Shown: piece by piece, positions 8,701 to 17,822 of the stretch
Layout: each line of letters begins with the position of its first letter
Position numbering within the stretch: the stretch's first letter is position 1
Virus record (IMG/VR): IMGVR_UViG_3300042350_003801
DNA: 64,000 bases
From: a virus
Lineage: Duplodnaviria; Caudoviricetes
Reading direction: 5' to 3' (one strand)
The notes under the pieces: model-generated
The model's database searches: none
The model's input: only the letters and a program-made list of their open reading frames with translations
What the model was told of the DNA's origin: nothing
Made by a program: the position numbers and the translations under genes

Positions 8701-10768
8701 TGAAACTGTACTTGTATGCCTGGTTAATAGTCGCCGGGGGAATATCAGACAGGGGCAATTCAATATATTTACCGGTAACCTCCAACACAAGGTCTTTCTG
8801 CACAGTGGCGCCACTGGCGTCTGCTACTTGAATCTTTACAAACTGCTTGCCAATTTGTGCTGTGCCAGCATCACAGGTTACCCACCCGGATTTAGAGACT
8901 GCAAACCCGGTAGGAATCGTGCCGGAAACTACATCCCACTGGTAGGGGTTGGCTGGTGTAATACTGGTGTAAGTGCTAGTTGCAACACCAATTCCTGTGG
9001 CATTGCCCCCCATGGCTTTCAACTGGAATCCGGGATACCATGCATCACCAAACTGGTGAGAGGGTATAACGGCAGTTTCCAGTGAAAGGATTTTTTTCTG
9101 CTTGGGGTCGTTTGGATCAATGACATGAAGCTCCCCGTTGAACGCATAAGAACCCCCGACCCCTGCAGGAGAGGTTGCAATTTTGATAATCGGATACCAG
9201 GATCCGTAGGTCATCTCGTAGCCGTCAACGGTGATTCCTTCCAGGGCCGAGGCATCTCCTCTCAGGACTACGGCGCAATTGTATGTCGTTGGCCGGAAAA
9301 GCTCGCAGTCACGATCGACGTAGATGCTAGGTCCGCTGGCTACATTATAATCACCAGCAAAACTAGAGTCTTGTTGTGGATATACAAGAGTATTTCTTTC
9401 ACCGTAAATGGTTATCCTTGCCCCCACATCAAGGTATCTCTTGATTTTGCAGTTGCCGCTAATTTGAACAACGTTAGTTTTTCCAACAAACCACTTGCCC
9501 ACTTGCTCTATGCTATTCATGGCGAAAACAACGTCCAGAGCCTTTTGGATGGACGGGTAGTCATCAGCAATTCTGTTGCTAACGCACCCGAACCAATCCG
9601 ACATTACATTGCCAGAGAAAACTCGTCGCCATACACCATTAGTGCCTGGCGAGGTTTCGCCTATCTTATTAAGGAAGTTGACTAGGTTTGCCCGAGTCCC
9701 GTCATATGGAACGGTTGGGGATATAAATAGGCCACCGTCATGTAGCGATTTGGGGAGATTTGGCTCCCACTGAAACCAACCACCGCCTGCTCCGGTCTCA
9801 AGTGGCGAAGGCAGTGTTAGATCAACCTCACTGTAATTGACATAGTATTGCTTAACAAGAGAAGCCCCCGTCTGGGGGGCAGTCTGAAGGTCAATAATTG
9901 AATTGTAGGCACCCGAACCACTGGAAATATCACCCCAGTATGGCTTATTGGTTCCAGTGTTGTATAGTAAGACTTGGTTATTGGTAATAGTGGCGGGTAA
10001 AAATGTTGTGACACCTGGAGCCAACTGGTAAGGTAGTGAACCAGTAGTTCCTACAGCAAGATTGGTGGCAGTAGTTGAAAATCCAACAGATGAAATTTGA
10101 GGGAGGTTTTTTAACTCAGAACCATCTCCCACGAACTTAGTTGCAGTAACAATACCTCCTGAAATTTGAGCGCCACTAATAGATGAGGGGCCGGTCACAT
10201 TTAAGGAGGTTATAGAGGCAATTCCGCCAATTACATTCGTTGAAATTCCCGATGTTACCGAATATGTTGCAGCATTTGAGTTTCCAGTTAAATTTCCAAC
10301 AAAACTCGTTGCCGTTATTATTCCTACTGTAATATTAGGAGTTCCAGTGAGACCCTGAGCAACCGTTGAGATGCCTGCCGTTTGAGCATAGTTGGTGATC
10401 GGGTCTTGAATCGTGCTTACTTTAGGGATTTCTATTTCTGGTGCAGAGGTCCCCTCTACCATAATTGTACCTCTAACTGCCTTGATTGTCTCAAACTCAT
10501 TTGTGAGAATAACATCAAAGTAGTTTCTTCCGGTTTTCAGGTTTTGAGTGTCATCTTTATCCATATGGAGTGAAATATAGCCGATTGCCCCTAAGGTGAC
10601 TGCGTTAAACGTTGCATAGGAAGGAGAACTGGGATATTTTCTTATTTTAGCAACAGGGGTATAACTTGATAAATCGAGGGGATTGCCATCAAATGCGTTA
10701 ATTAAAAAGGACACGGAAAAATCTGTTCCCTTATCAATTATGACACTAGTAATCTCTTGAACGGCCAT
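5768..10768 (-). CDS. giant modular tail fibre / receptor-binding protein (baseplate-anchor N-terminus, pectate-lyase-like beta-helix, Ig-like repeats, LamG/ConA-like and carbohydrate-binding-like domains)
   Basis: 1666 aa. WFGCVSNRIADDYPSIQKALD resembles the pectate_lyase_3 entry motif. About four putative Ig repeats (LPxAxxGxxYS...LPSGLTISSSGLISG). Cys/Asn-rich beta-helix. FKFGTGS...FGTGDFDLDLLVYP is a LamG-like motif. Confidence 0.8.
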   Translation of the reverse strand: MAVQEITSVIIDKGTDFSVSFLINAFDGNPLDLSSYTPVAKIRKYPSSPSYATFNAVTLGAIGYISLHMDKDDTQNLKTGRNYFDVILTNEFETIKAVRGTIMVEGTSAPEIEIPKVSTIQDPITNYAQTAGISTVAQGLTGTPNITVGIITATSFVGNLTGNSNAATYSVTSGISTNVIGGIASITSLNVTGPSSISGAQISGGIVTATKFVGDGSELKNLPQISSVGFSTTATNLAVGTTGSLPYQLAPGVTTFLPATITNNQVLLYNTGTNKPYWGDISSGSGAYNSIIDLQTAPQTGASLVKQYYVNYSEVDLTLPSPLETGAGGGWFQWEPNLPKSLHDGGLFISPTVPYDGTRANLVNFLNKIGETSPGTNGVWRRVFSGNVMSDWFGCVSNRIADDYPSIQKALDVVFAMNSIEQVGKWFVGKTNVVQISGNCKIKRYLDVGARITIYGERNTLVYPQQDSSFAGDYNVASGPSIYVDRDCELFRPTTYNCAVVLRGDASALEGITVDGYEMTYGSWYPIIKIATSPAGVGGSYAFNGELHVIDPNDPKQKKILSLETAVIPSHQFGDAWYPGFQLKAMGGNATGIGVATSTYTSITPANPYQWDVVSGTIPTGFAVSKSGWVTCDAGTAQIGKQFVKIQVADASGATVQKDLVLEVTGKYIELPLSDIPPATINQAYKYSFNVLNNDGIAHYWWLIDGPSGLTMNQTTGEITGTPPANAFGKYTLKIAITSATNTVSFDANTLIDEIFIDFTVENTAFPSMYGSLPEARLGVVYSGVLYPVGGVGPFTWEIDVARSAGGGNNQPGYPTATQPAPGLTLSTDGIRGFITGTSTTSGNFSFFVKFTDSTGKIFGTMIGFNGTSWTVRPQLKTSLIWNLPSAVAGHPYSYQVEATVDGCTFSAKSLPSGLTISSSGLISGIPVGGKYANGIACEWSAKLDNFMVRNFKGGAGVLVDGPSNVHIFRNFFINSCDTGISSDNMYDSRMESFYIYNTRIGLQMRGGTAACTYINGRIEYIHEHGVTALFSPDNIWSGVYWDTCGFTNVDADRSDNWAISNCFFFRNGRRIPPRGKYYMPDSPPQVSTHINAIDCKDWVVNGAAFVRGCDSGGSSSTPYRRYESDGRRLYIRPYTCLTIERCKNWTVNGNALNGCTRASVYSIESEFDFVANEVNFSGNTVQIKNQFGVSRQGDSKISNLLINPTKANFDAEGTEDNIDTYFPSTSLVLNGHEFTDRSSRSLTLNNTNVSISTSVFKFGTGSFSFNGTTSLLTPSVSTNNDPAAPFYFGTGDFDLDLLVYPLRNNVVQTLIDFGATSEAAPFALILDANGKLALAKNRSTGGQTIDFTSTRTIPTNIFSRITMSRFSGVVRIYIDETPEATLTTQFSGRFIVSGFNRPIMGRGGFTGATDFFQGYMQMIRVDKSISRYGLLKTLKPFTRPYATVNNGSLPPDTLFFTPASTQLEHFFGDRGNSIVMGPSASIQKPLRISRLRRNDLVKELIAGNGSYASGQENPSYYYYNIKKDAETGVTSYTFQTCEIRTWAARVGYPEELDRLRKKSLLLVLWARSNNRNPVTLFTQFYAGTSGNNFRVDGGFFTKFTLTPFWRKYVFQIKAPDYDRTLIDPSTSNALFKFYFDDKSVNYDLDFGGLTLYEDDGKFGFSPLVE

Positions 10769-11034
10769 TAGTTAGTAAATCCTACTTTATTTGCTTTAAT
10801 TGCTGACCCTGTGAATATAACATCTGTTGGATTTTTTTGTAAAAACTCTACAGAATTTGGAGGAATCGTAAACACTAGTGTAGGAGATGCACCAACAGAA
10901 GTTGAAATACTTACTGCAACTGACCCCACCGTATCATTACAGATTCGGACACAAGTTGCAGAGTTAAGACTGGTGGCAGCTCCAGTAGTAGTAGGGGTTG
11001 AAACCTGAGTTTCTATAAGTTTAGTGATTTGCAT
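10768..11034 (-). CDS. small conserved virion-associated protein
   Basis: 88-aa ORF (AATSLNSATCVRICN) with a TATAAATA late promoter directly upstream. Confidence 0.7.
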   Translation of the reverse strand: MQITKLIETQVSTPTTTGAATSLNSATCVRICNDTVGSVAVSISTSVGASPTLVFTIPPNSVEFLQKNPTDVIFTGSAIKANKVGFTN

Positions 11035-11057
11035 TATTATAAATCGGTCTTACTTAT

Positions 11058-11065
11058 TATTTATA
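11058..11065 (-). promoter_or_regulatory. T4-type late promoter TATAAATA
   Basis: Exact match to the T4 late consensus, 24 nt upstream of the ATG at 11034. Confidence 0.7.
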
Positions 11066-11068
11066 AAC

Positions 11069-11218
11069 TTAACGACTAATTTCCTACCAATCTATGGAAG
11101 CGTGAATTTTGGAGTCATTGGCATTAGCTGCAGCCGCCAGGGTTATTTCAAACGGTGTTTTAGTCAGACTATTTCTTTCTAATTGAAATTTGAAAAGAGC
11201 TTCCTTCAAAATGTCCAC
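11069..11218 (-). pseudogene. relic C-terminus of a conserved cyanomyovirus structural protein (…DWEEISR family) with an in-frame TAG
   Basis: Translates VDILKEALFKFQLERNSLTKTPFEITLAAAANANDSKIHASIDW*EISR*. No ATG start; one nonsense codon where homologues, as I recall them, have E. Confidence 0.6.
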
Positions 11219-11275
11219 GTTTGAATTATTCTGATTTTTCTTTACTTACGGCCCCAAAGAAATCTTTGAGTTCGT

Positions 11276-11437
11276 TCATTCATCCTCTGAACCATTAAAG
11301 AGTGAAGCGGAAACTTCTGGAACTAGAGCATCAATTTTTTCTAGTGCCTTAGCTGAAATAATGCCTTTAATAATGTCACTGATTTGTGCTGGTGACTCGT
11401 CTGCAGCAATTAAATCAAGTAGGTCTTGGTCTTCCAT
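11276..11437 (-). CDS. 53-aa conserved protein downstream of portal
   Basis: Manual translation MEDQDLLDLIAADESPAQISDIIKGIISAKALEKIDALVPEVSASLFNGSEDE*, in the position typical of cyanomyoviruses. Confidence 0.75.
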   Translation of the reverse strand: MEDQDLLDLIAADESPAQISDIIKGIISAKALEKIDALVPEVSASLFNGSEDE

Positions 11438-11462
11438 TTTGTTATAAATTAACTAAGTCTAT

Positions 11463-13190
11463 TTAGATTTCTCCACCCTTAGGCATTTTGGGTTCTTTGG
11501 GTTTAATATCGGGTTCTACGGGAACTTTGCCAGATTGACCGTTTATGTTATTTCCTGCGCCAGAGGCTACTGGAGAACCCTGTGGGGTGCCTGGAGTGCC
11601 TTCTAGGGGAGTGGCCGTCACATCTAAGGGTAAACCAGTTCGTGGGTCAACTGGTGCATTTGGGTCGGGAATAATACCGTCTTCAATCTCCTTTGCCATA
11701 ATTTCATCCTGCTCAATAATCTCCTCATCAGTCTGACGAAGAATCTTGCGGCGCAAATAATCTTGTGAGAAATATCTTCCAACATAAGGCTCTGCCATAG
11801 ATGCCATATTGAGCCTTTCGGTGAAGAGTTCAGATTCCTTAAGTTCGGCAAAGTGATTATCATATAGAAAATCAAACTGAATATGTTCAGCCATTTTCTT
11901 CCAGTCTTCTGGAGTTACAATATTCTTTAGTAGAAGTTGAGTTCTTAGGAGGTCAATAAAAAGTTGAGAGAAGCGTTTGCGGAGTCTTCCCACAAATTTT
12001 GTGAACTTAACTTCATCTCTGAGGATTTCAGTTGAACGGCCAAGGTTAAATCCGCTATCTCCGCCGATGCGAGTCTCTGGTACATTTAGTGCTTTGTATA
12101 GATTACGTTTGAAGTAATCTAAATCGGACAATTCGCCAAGTGCGGTGCCCGCCGGTAAAGTAGTAACCTCAGTTCCGCGACCACCTTCTCTACGTGGGAA
12201 CCAAAAGTCTTCCATAAGACTCATAAACTTACGAGAAGTATCTACTTCACCGGTAAGGCTATTGTAGTTCATCTTATTACGATACTTCATCATCTGCTCA
12301 CGAAGGAACTGCTCGGCCTTGGGTTTTGGCAGATTACCTACATCAATATAGAAGATTCTTTTTTCTGAACTTCTACTAAGACGATAAATGACTACACTAT
12401 CCTCAATCATTCTAAGTTGATTGAGAATTTTGATTGCTTTATTGAGATATGAAAGAGATGTTCCCTTATTTCTATCAACTAAGCCGGATGTGCAATATGC
12501 AATTGATTCTTTTGTAAATTTGATTCCCTTTTCCGCACCAGCGGTCATACCTGCTGCACCTACTGGATATGTTTGTTTGGGGCTATAAACGAAATATTCC
12601 TCGAGTTCTGGAAAAACTTGTTCATTTGGCCCTTGATCTCCATACATTTTTGGACCAAGAATATCTTTCTTTTGCTTTTTCGCTTGACGAACATAGCGAA
12701 TTTTCATTGCATCCACATACCGAATATCTTGAATTCCAGCGTGTGGGTCTTTAATGTCAATTAGTTTATGATAATAAAGCCGCCCATCAATATACCAGTT
12801 CCTAAAAATTTCGTGAGACTTTTTATCAAAATCGAGCATTTCAAGAATTGCTTTAAATTCCTGACGAATCGCATTTTTAATTCCATCACTTGCATTAAGA
12901 TTAGAAAGTTCAATCTCAATTGGAGAATCGTTTGTATCCGATACAATTGCCTCGTTTACAATATCTTCAATGGCGCTATCAACTTCGTGATGAAGCGCCA
13001 TTTCCCGATAACGTTTGATTAAATCAAACTCTGTTCTATAAACACCTTCAACATCAACATAAGAACCAAAAAAGCCGGTTGTCAAATAGTGATCGGAACC
13101 ATCATCATTATTAGGGGGGACCGGCGAAATTATATTTTTAGATAATTTTTTATCGTTATCTTCAATAGAAAATCCAAATAATCTAGCCAT
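11463..13190 (-). CDS. gp20: portal vertex protein
   Basis: T4 gp20 motifs: KRYREMALHHEVDSAIEDIVNE, WYIDGRLYY, RIFYIDVGNLPK, EDFWFPRREGGRGTEVTTL. Confidence 0.97.
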   Translation of the reverse strand: MARLFGFSIEDNDKKLSKNIISPVPPNNDDGSDHYLTTGFFGSYVDVEGVYRTEFDLIKRYREMALHHEVDSAIEDIVNEAIVSDTNDSPIEIELSNLNASDGIKNAIRQEFKAILEMLDFDKKSHEIFRNWYIDGRLYYHKLIDIKDPHAGIQDIRYVDAMKIRYVRQAKKQKKDILGPKMYGDQGPNEQVFPELEEYFVYSPKQTYPVGAAGMTAGAEKGIKFTKESIAYCTSGLVDRNKGTSLSYLNKAIKILNQLRMIEDSVVIYRLSRSSEKRIFYIDVGNLPKPKAEQFLREQMMKYRNKMNYNSLTGEVDTSRKFMSLMEDFWFPRREGGRGTEVTTLPAGTALGELSDLDYFKRNLYKALNVPETRIGGDSGFNLGRSTEILRDEVKFTKFVGRLRKRFSQLFIDLLRTQLLLKNIVTPEDWKKMAEHIQFDFLYDNHFAELKESELFTERLNMASMAEPYVGRYFSQDYLRRKILRQTDEEIIEQDEIMAKEIEDGIIPDPNAPVDPRTGLPLDVTATPLEGTPGTPQGSPVASGAGNNINGQSGKVPVEPDIKPKEPKMPKGGEI

Positions 13191-13223
13191 TAATAAAGTT
13201 TACCTTTGTTTGACTTATTTAGA

Positions 13224-13850
13224 TTAGAAAATTGGGGCGTTTACTTGGTCAGTAATACCGTTAGCGTTACCAGCAGTCCAATGTGTCATTTGGAACTCTA
13301 CAGTAAAGGTCTGAATTTGGTCGGTTGAATCCCAGTTGAGGTCAATAGAACTAACGTTGGTTGGCCAGATGTTGTGAATAATATAAGTGCGAATTGGATT
13401 TACTGTGGTGCCATTTGTTGCATTTGAAACTTGGGTAGATTCAATTCCGTTATCGTAACCTCGGCCAAGCTGGTGAACATATGCAAGGTTTGCCATAACA
13501 GATTCGGGCCGTGTTACGCCAGTACCCGTTTCCATACGGTTGATAGAATTTGACCAGGATTCAAAGGCTGCACGAATCTTAAAGTTTTCGTCATTAATAA
13601 CGGTAATGGACCAGGGATCATAAGTTCTATCGCCGGGAACTTTTAGAATACGACCTCTGAAACTTACGTCTACCGGGTTAATATTGGATGCTGGGATTGG
13701 GGCGCCTTTACACATAAATGTAAATGTATCGTTATCCCAGCCTGGAACAATATTAGGAAATGCGGGAATGCTAACCTCAAATAAATTAGAGCGAGCACCG
13801 CCTCCTGATAGTCTAGATTTAAAGCCGGTGATTGTTTTTAATGTTGCCAT
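13224..13850 (-). CDS. gp19: tail tube protein
   Basis: GGGARSNLFEV, FRGRILKVPGDRTYDPWSITVINDENF; lies between gp18 and gp20. Confidence 0.95.
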   Translation of the reverse strand: MATLKTITGFKSRLSGGGARSNLFEVSIPAFPNIVPGWDNDTFTFMCKGAPIPASNINPVDVSFRGRILKVPGDRTYDPWSITVINDENFKIRAAFESWSNSINRMETGTGVTRPESVMANLAYVHQLGRGYDNGIESTQVSNATNGTTVNPIRTYIIHNIWPTNVSSIDLNWDSTDQIQTFTVEFQMTHWTAGNANGITDQVNAPIF

Positions 13851-13889
13851 TTTAGTTTGAGAACTCCTTTTATATTAGTTAGTTATAAA

Positions 13890-16055
13890 TCAAGCGCGAC
13901 CTGTTACTTCTTCAAAACTTACACCCGTGCGAGTGGAAACGAAAGTAAGAGTTACGAAATTAATTGCCTTAACTGGCTTAAGGTAAATGTCGGCTCTAAA
14001 CTCATTGTTATCAATAACATCATCTGTGTTATTTGATTTATCGCAAATAACTCGAAAATCATATAGACCTCCTTTTGCTTGAATATCCCGAAGATATGGC
14101 TCAACGATATTGATAAAGTTGGAGCGAGTTTGTTCGGTGTTGTTCTCAAATAAAGTTGAATTTGCAGTTGAACTAATAGCTTGCTCTATAGTTAAGAACA
14201 GCTTACGAACGTTAATACGGTCAAAGGCAGAAGCATAACCCAGAGCAGTTTTGTCGCCCCATAGGGTTGGACCAAATCCTGGAATATTTACAATGGCATT
14301 AATGCGAGCTGGATATAGACGATCTCTTTGACTCTTATCTGGGCTATATGCAAGATTGATAGCACCGTTAAGAACACCTCTTTGTTGACCAGCGGGAGAG
14401 TTCCAAGGATATGCACCAATATTAGTACGAATCATCAGACCTGCAATATCTGGATTGCAAGGAATGTAGCGATAGCGATTATTAAACCGGTCAAACATAT
14501 ACTTATAACCGGTATCAAATACCGCGTATGAGCTACTAGAGAGACTAGTATAGAACTCGATAATGTTATTTGTCTGAGTTTCAGTATTTGTTAAACCAAC
14601 AACATCCGAACGATGAGGAGAAATGGTTGCGATACAATCTTTTCTTTGGTTTGCGATAGAAATAAGTTGATTTGCCTTTGCCTGTGAATCAATCTTATTA
14701 GTATAACCCGGACCCATAATCAGGTAGTCCATAGGATACTTATCTGCATCAACAAAAAACTGGTAAGACGTAATAATATTTGCAAGAGTTGGTAGCATTC
14801 CACCATTATCCCCGTAATCCTTACCACCTTTAAGTGAAAATACTGAATTGCCGATTGCACCAAATGTTACGCTTTGGGTGGGAAGATTCCATAGCCCTTG
14901 ACCAATTGTGAAGGGGGTGAAACCACTGCTAAAACCAGTTGAATAAACAACCTCGTTATTACTATTATCTGATGGATTGTCTCCGACGTAAATATAATTA
15001 GAATACTCAGCAATATAAGTTTTCCAGAAAATATTCTGAGGAACGTTTACAGTTGAGCGAGCATCAGTTGCTTTGGAGAGCCCGACAAACTTTTCAAGAA
15101 GATTTCCTTGAATACCTGTAATAGTTCCAGTATCATCAATTACAACAACGTGGATTGCATCAGTTTTGCTATTGCGCTCAAGTGAATATTGATTGGATAC
15201 CGGCTTTGGTGCAATTGATTTCCAATAAATGCTGCTATTGGTGAGAGGAATTACTTGCTCATTATACCAATCTTTTACAACTGAAGCAGTTGTAGCGGCA
15301 ACACCAACACCACTGCTATTGATAATAGAAATGCTATTGTTTGTTAAGAATGAACTGAGCTGTGAGCGTTCAGCATAAGTTACAGCGGTTTCAACACTAG
15401 TTGAATTTACAACTGAAGTAATCTTTACATCAATGGTGCTATTACCAACACCTGTGATAATTCCTTTTAGATAACCATTGAAAAGAGATGTGGCGCCAAC
15501 ACCGGCGGAAGGAATGTTAACCAGAGGAGTAGTAACACCCAAGCCGACAACACCAGCGGTTGCAGCGGCACCTACAGTAAGAATTTGGTCGGCTTTATCA
15601 TCAATGATTGCGACTTTTAGATTATTTGCCCACTCACCTGGAGTTTTGGCGGCGAAGATATAATTTTGAGTATCACTGGTATAATTAAGATTGTAATCAT
15701 CAAAGTTTTTAATTTTTAAATTGGCCTGGCCAACAGTTGATAGCCCAACTGCATCGTGCTTTGCATTGGCATTAACTAGATTGCTGCCATCACAGCGAAT
15801 AGTTTTAAGAACACCACCATACGTTAGAAAAGAGGATGCAGAGAGCCAATACTCATATTGAGCATCATTATTCTGTGGCTTACCAAAAACGGTAAGAAGT
15901 TCAGATTCGTTTCTAATATTTACAGCCTCTTCAACTGGTCCATTACTAAAAGGACCGGCAATTGCTCCAATATTGCCAACAACATTATCTACACGACCAA
16001 CCGTTTGGTCAACTTCTCTAATGATATATCCAGGAGATAATTGGGGTGTCGCCAT
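13890..16055 (-). CDS. gp18: tail sheath protein
   Basis: SPGYIIREVD, WNSPAGQQRG, GDKT, FDRINVRKLF and IYLKPVKAINFV motifs. Confidence 0.96.
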   Translation of the reverse strand: MATPQLSPGYIIREVDQTVGRVDNVVGNIGAIAGPFSNGPVEEAVNIRNESELLTVFGKPQNNDAQYEYWLSASSFLTYGGVLKTIRCDGSNLVNANAKHDAVGLSTVGQANLKIKNFDDYNLNYTSDTQNYIFAAKTPGEWANNLKVAIIDDKADQILTVGAAATAGVVGLGVTTPLVNIPSAGVGATSLFNGYLKGIITGVGNSTIDVKITSVVNSTSVETAVTYAERSQLSSFLTNNSISIINSSGVGVAATTASVVKDWYNEQVIPLTNSSIYWKSIAPKPVSNQYSLERNSKTDAIHVVVIDDTGTITGIQGNLLEKFVGLSKATDARSTVNVPQNIFWKTYIAEYSNYIYVGDNPSDNSNNEVVYSTGFSSGFTPFTIGQGLWNLPTQSVTFGAIGNSVFSLKGGKDYGDNGGMLPTLANIITSYQFFVDADKYPMDYLIMGPGYTNKIDSQAKANQLISIANQRKDCIATISPHRSDVVGLTNTETQTNNIIEFYTSLSSSSYAVFDTGYKYMFDRFNNRYRYIPCNPDIAGLMIRTNIGAYPWNSPAGQQRGVLNGAINLAYSPDKSQRDRLYPARINAIVNIPGFGPTLWGDKTALGYASAFDRINVRKLFLTIEQAISSTANSTLFENNTEQTRSNFINIVEPYLRDIQAKGGLYDFRVICDKSNNTDDVIDNNEFRADIYLKPVKAINFVTLTFVSTRTGVSFEEVTGRA

Positions 16056-16086
16056 TTTTATGCCTAATTTCAGTAAGTCTTAATAG

Positions 16087-16094
16087 TATTTATG
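16087..16094 (-). promoter_or_regulatory. late promoter CATAAATA for gp18
   Basis: TAAATA core 32 nt upstream of the gp18 ATG. Confidence 0.6.
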
Positions 16095-16116
16095 AAATTG
16101 AGCATTTAAACTATAA

Positions 16117-17799
16117 TCAATAATTGTAATTCCAGAAATAAGAATAGTCGTCATCTGTTGTATGCCAAAGATTACCCTCACTATCTCTCTCGGCCCCCAG
16201 ATATTTGTCATATAATTCTGCAATTTCATTAGGAAGGGAATCTGATGAAGAAACGAACCCAAATGGGGTAGAGTCATTTTCTTCTAGTTCTTTTTCGTGC
16301 TCCTCCCTAAATTTTTTGCGAATATCTGTCTCGGTCATTTCCTTGAAATATTCTTGAGTGCATATCCAGGCAAATAATACAAGGCACATTGTTAGGTCAT
16401 CATTCTTACCTTCTTCTGCACTAAAACTATTATAACGGGAAACAAATGTTGTAAGTTCCCCGATAATATCCCGGTCGTTAAAGATGAGTTTATCTTCTTC
16501 AATGAATGTTTTTAAATTTAAACAACCGGTTCTCTTTACTGGTTTTGACATCTTAATGCCATACTTAACACCTTTACCCGCTAGATTTTGACCTGCAACT
16601 TGACCACCCCTTCCCAAAGTTTTAGTTTGAATAATATTGGGATATCCAAGTTCTGTGTGAAGAATGTATGCAACCTGAGAATCATTATTGACTTCACATA
16701 GAATAAATGCATCATTATATGCCCTCCCAACAGGTTCAATAACATCTGGATATCTTATACTTGGAATGTCATTATTTTTATATTTTGCAACAATTTTATA
16801 GGGAATTTGTGTCGCATCAAATACAACAAATGCGGAATAATCTAATTCAACACCCTCAGCAACGTCTACAGTAATAACGTAAATTTTACCTGGTATTGGT
16901 TCTACATAAACATCTAAAAGGTCTTTGGACCTTATTGGGGTATCTGAAACTAGATTGGATAATTTTGCCCCACTAATGAGAGTATCCGAGGAACCTAAAA
17001 AGTCACATTCAAATTCGGCGTCCCAACGGGACTGTCCCATATTTGCGATAGTTTCGTGCTTAAACTTTTCATCTCTACCTGGAACATCTTGCCAATAAAC
17101 TCTAGTTGGAATATATTTATTTTTCTGTTTTATCGCATCATCCCATAATTTATAGAACTGATTCATTCCATTAGGGGTGCTGACAATTATAACTTTTGTC
17201 TCTTTACCCGATGTAATAGTTGGATAAACCGAACTCATAAAGTTATCCGCCACTTGTTGTGGCACGAAAGCAAATTCATCAAGAAAGATAATGTTATAAG
17301 TACCACCTCGGACGGATGATGCTGAAGTAGATGCGGCAATAATTTTAGAACCATTTTCGAGTTCCATTGAGCCCTTATTCCAAGAGCAAACACCTTGTTG
17401 CATCCATTTTGGAAGATTTTCGTAACCCGTTTGTAATCTATTGAGAATATCCCTGGCCGTGCTCGCCTTGTTTGCTAGAACCGCAATGTTTATGTTATCA
17501 TTAAAAATAGCATATTGTAGAAGAAATGCTACTACAGTCGTACTTTTTCCACTTTGGCGTGGAAGTAGACAAATATTAAATCGGTTAGCCAAGAAAGAAT
17601 TCAACATCCTTTCCTGGAAAGGATAAGTATCAAAAGGTTGCAAACCGTGATCAAGAGTCACAATTTGCATATAATTTTTAGCAAAATAAACTGGGTCTAA
17701 GGAGCACTTAGTTAGTTCAAATACTTGCTCTTGGGTTAAGTCTTGCCTGGTATACGCCTTTTTAAGAAGCGGGTTACCAAGATAGTGTTCTTCAGACAT
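16117..17799 (-). CDS. gp17: terminase large subunit
   Basis: Walker A PRQSGKST, Walker B IIFLDEFAF, STPNG coupling motif, and nuclease residues VDVAEG...NDDL. Confidence 0.97.
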   Translation of the reverse strand: MSEEHYLGNPLLKKAYTRQDLTQEQVFELTKCSLDPVYFAKNYMQIVTLDHGLQPFDTYPFQERMLNSFLANRFNICLLPRQSGKSTTVVAFLLQYAIFNDNINIAVLANKASTARDILNRLQTGYENLPKWMQQGVCSWNKGSMELENGSKIIAASTSASSVRGGTYNIIFLDEFAFVPQQVADNFMSSVYPTITSGKETKVIIVSTPNGMNQFYKLWDDAIKQKNKYIPTRVYWQDVPGRDEKFKHETIANMGQSRWDAEFECDFLGSSDTLISGAKLSNLVSDTPIRSKDLLDVYVEPIPGKIYVITVDVAEGVELDYSAFVVFDATQIPYKIVAKYKNNDIPSIRYPDVIEPVGRAYNDAFILCEVNNDSQVAYILHTELGYPNIIQTKTLGRGGQVAGQNLAGKGVKYGIKMSKPVKRTGCLNLKTFIEEDKLIFNDRDIIGELTTFVSRYNSFSAEEGKNDDLTMCLVLFAWICTQEYFKEMTETDIRKKFREEHEKELEENDSTPFGFVSSSDSLPNEIAELYDKYLGAERDSEGNLWHTTDDDYSYFWNYNY

Positions 17800-17822
17800 T
17801 ACAGATTAGACCGGGCTATTTA

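Noticed and set aside
11084-11086. Amber (TAG) recoding suggested by the in-frame TAG in the DW*EISR relic
   Set aside because: Long genes here have no internal TAG, and TAG serves as a normal stop (e.g. 5768-5770). A single nonsense mutation in a start-less relic is simpler.
11463-11700. Pro/Gly-rich C-terminal extension of the portal protein
   Set aside because: Variable low-complexity tails are ordinary in cyanomyovirus gp20.
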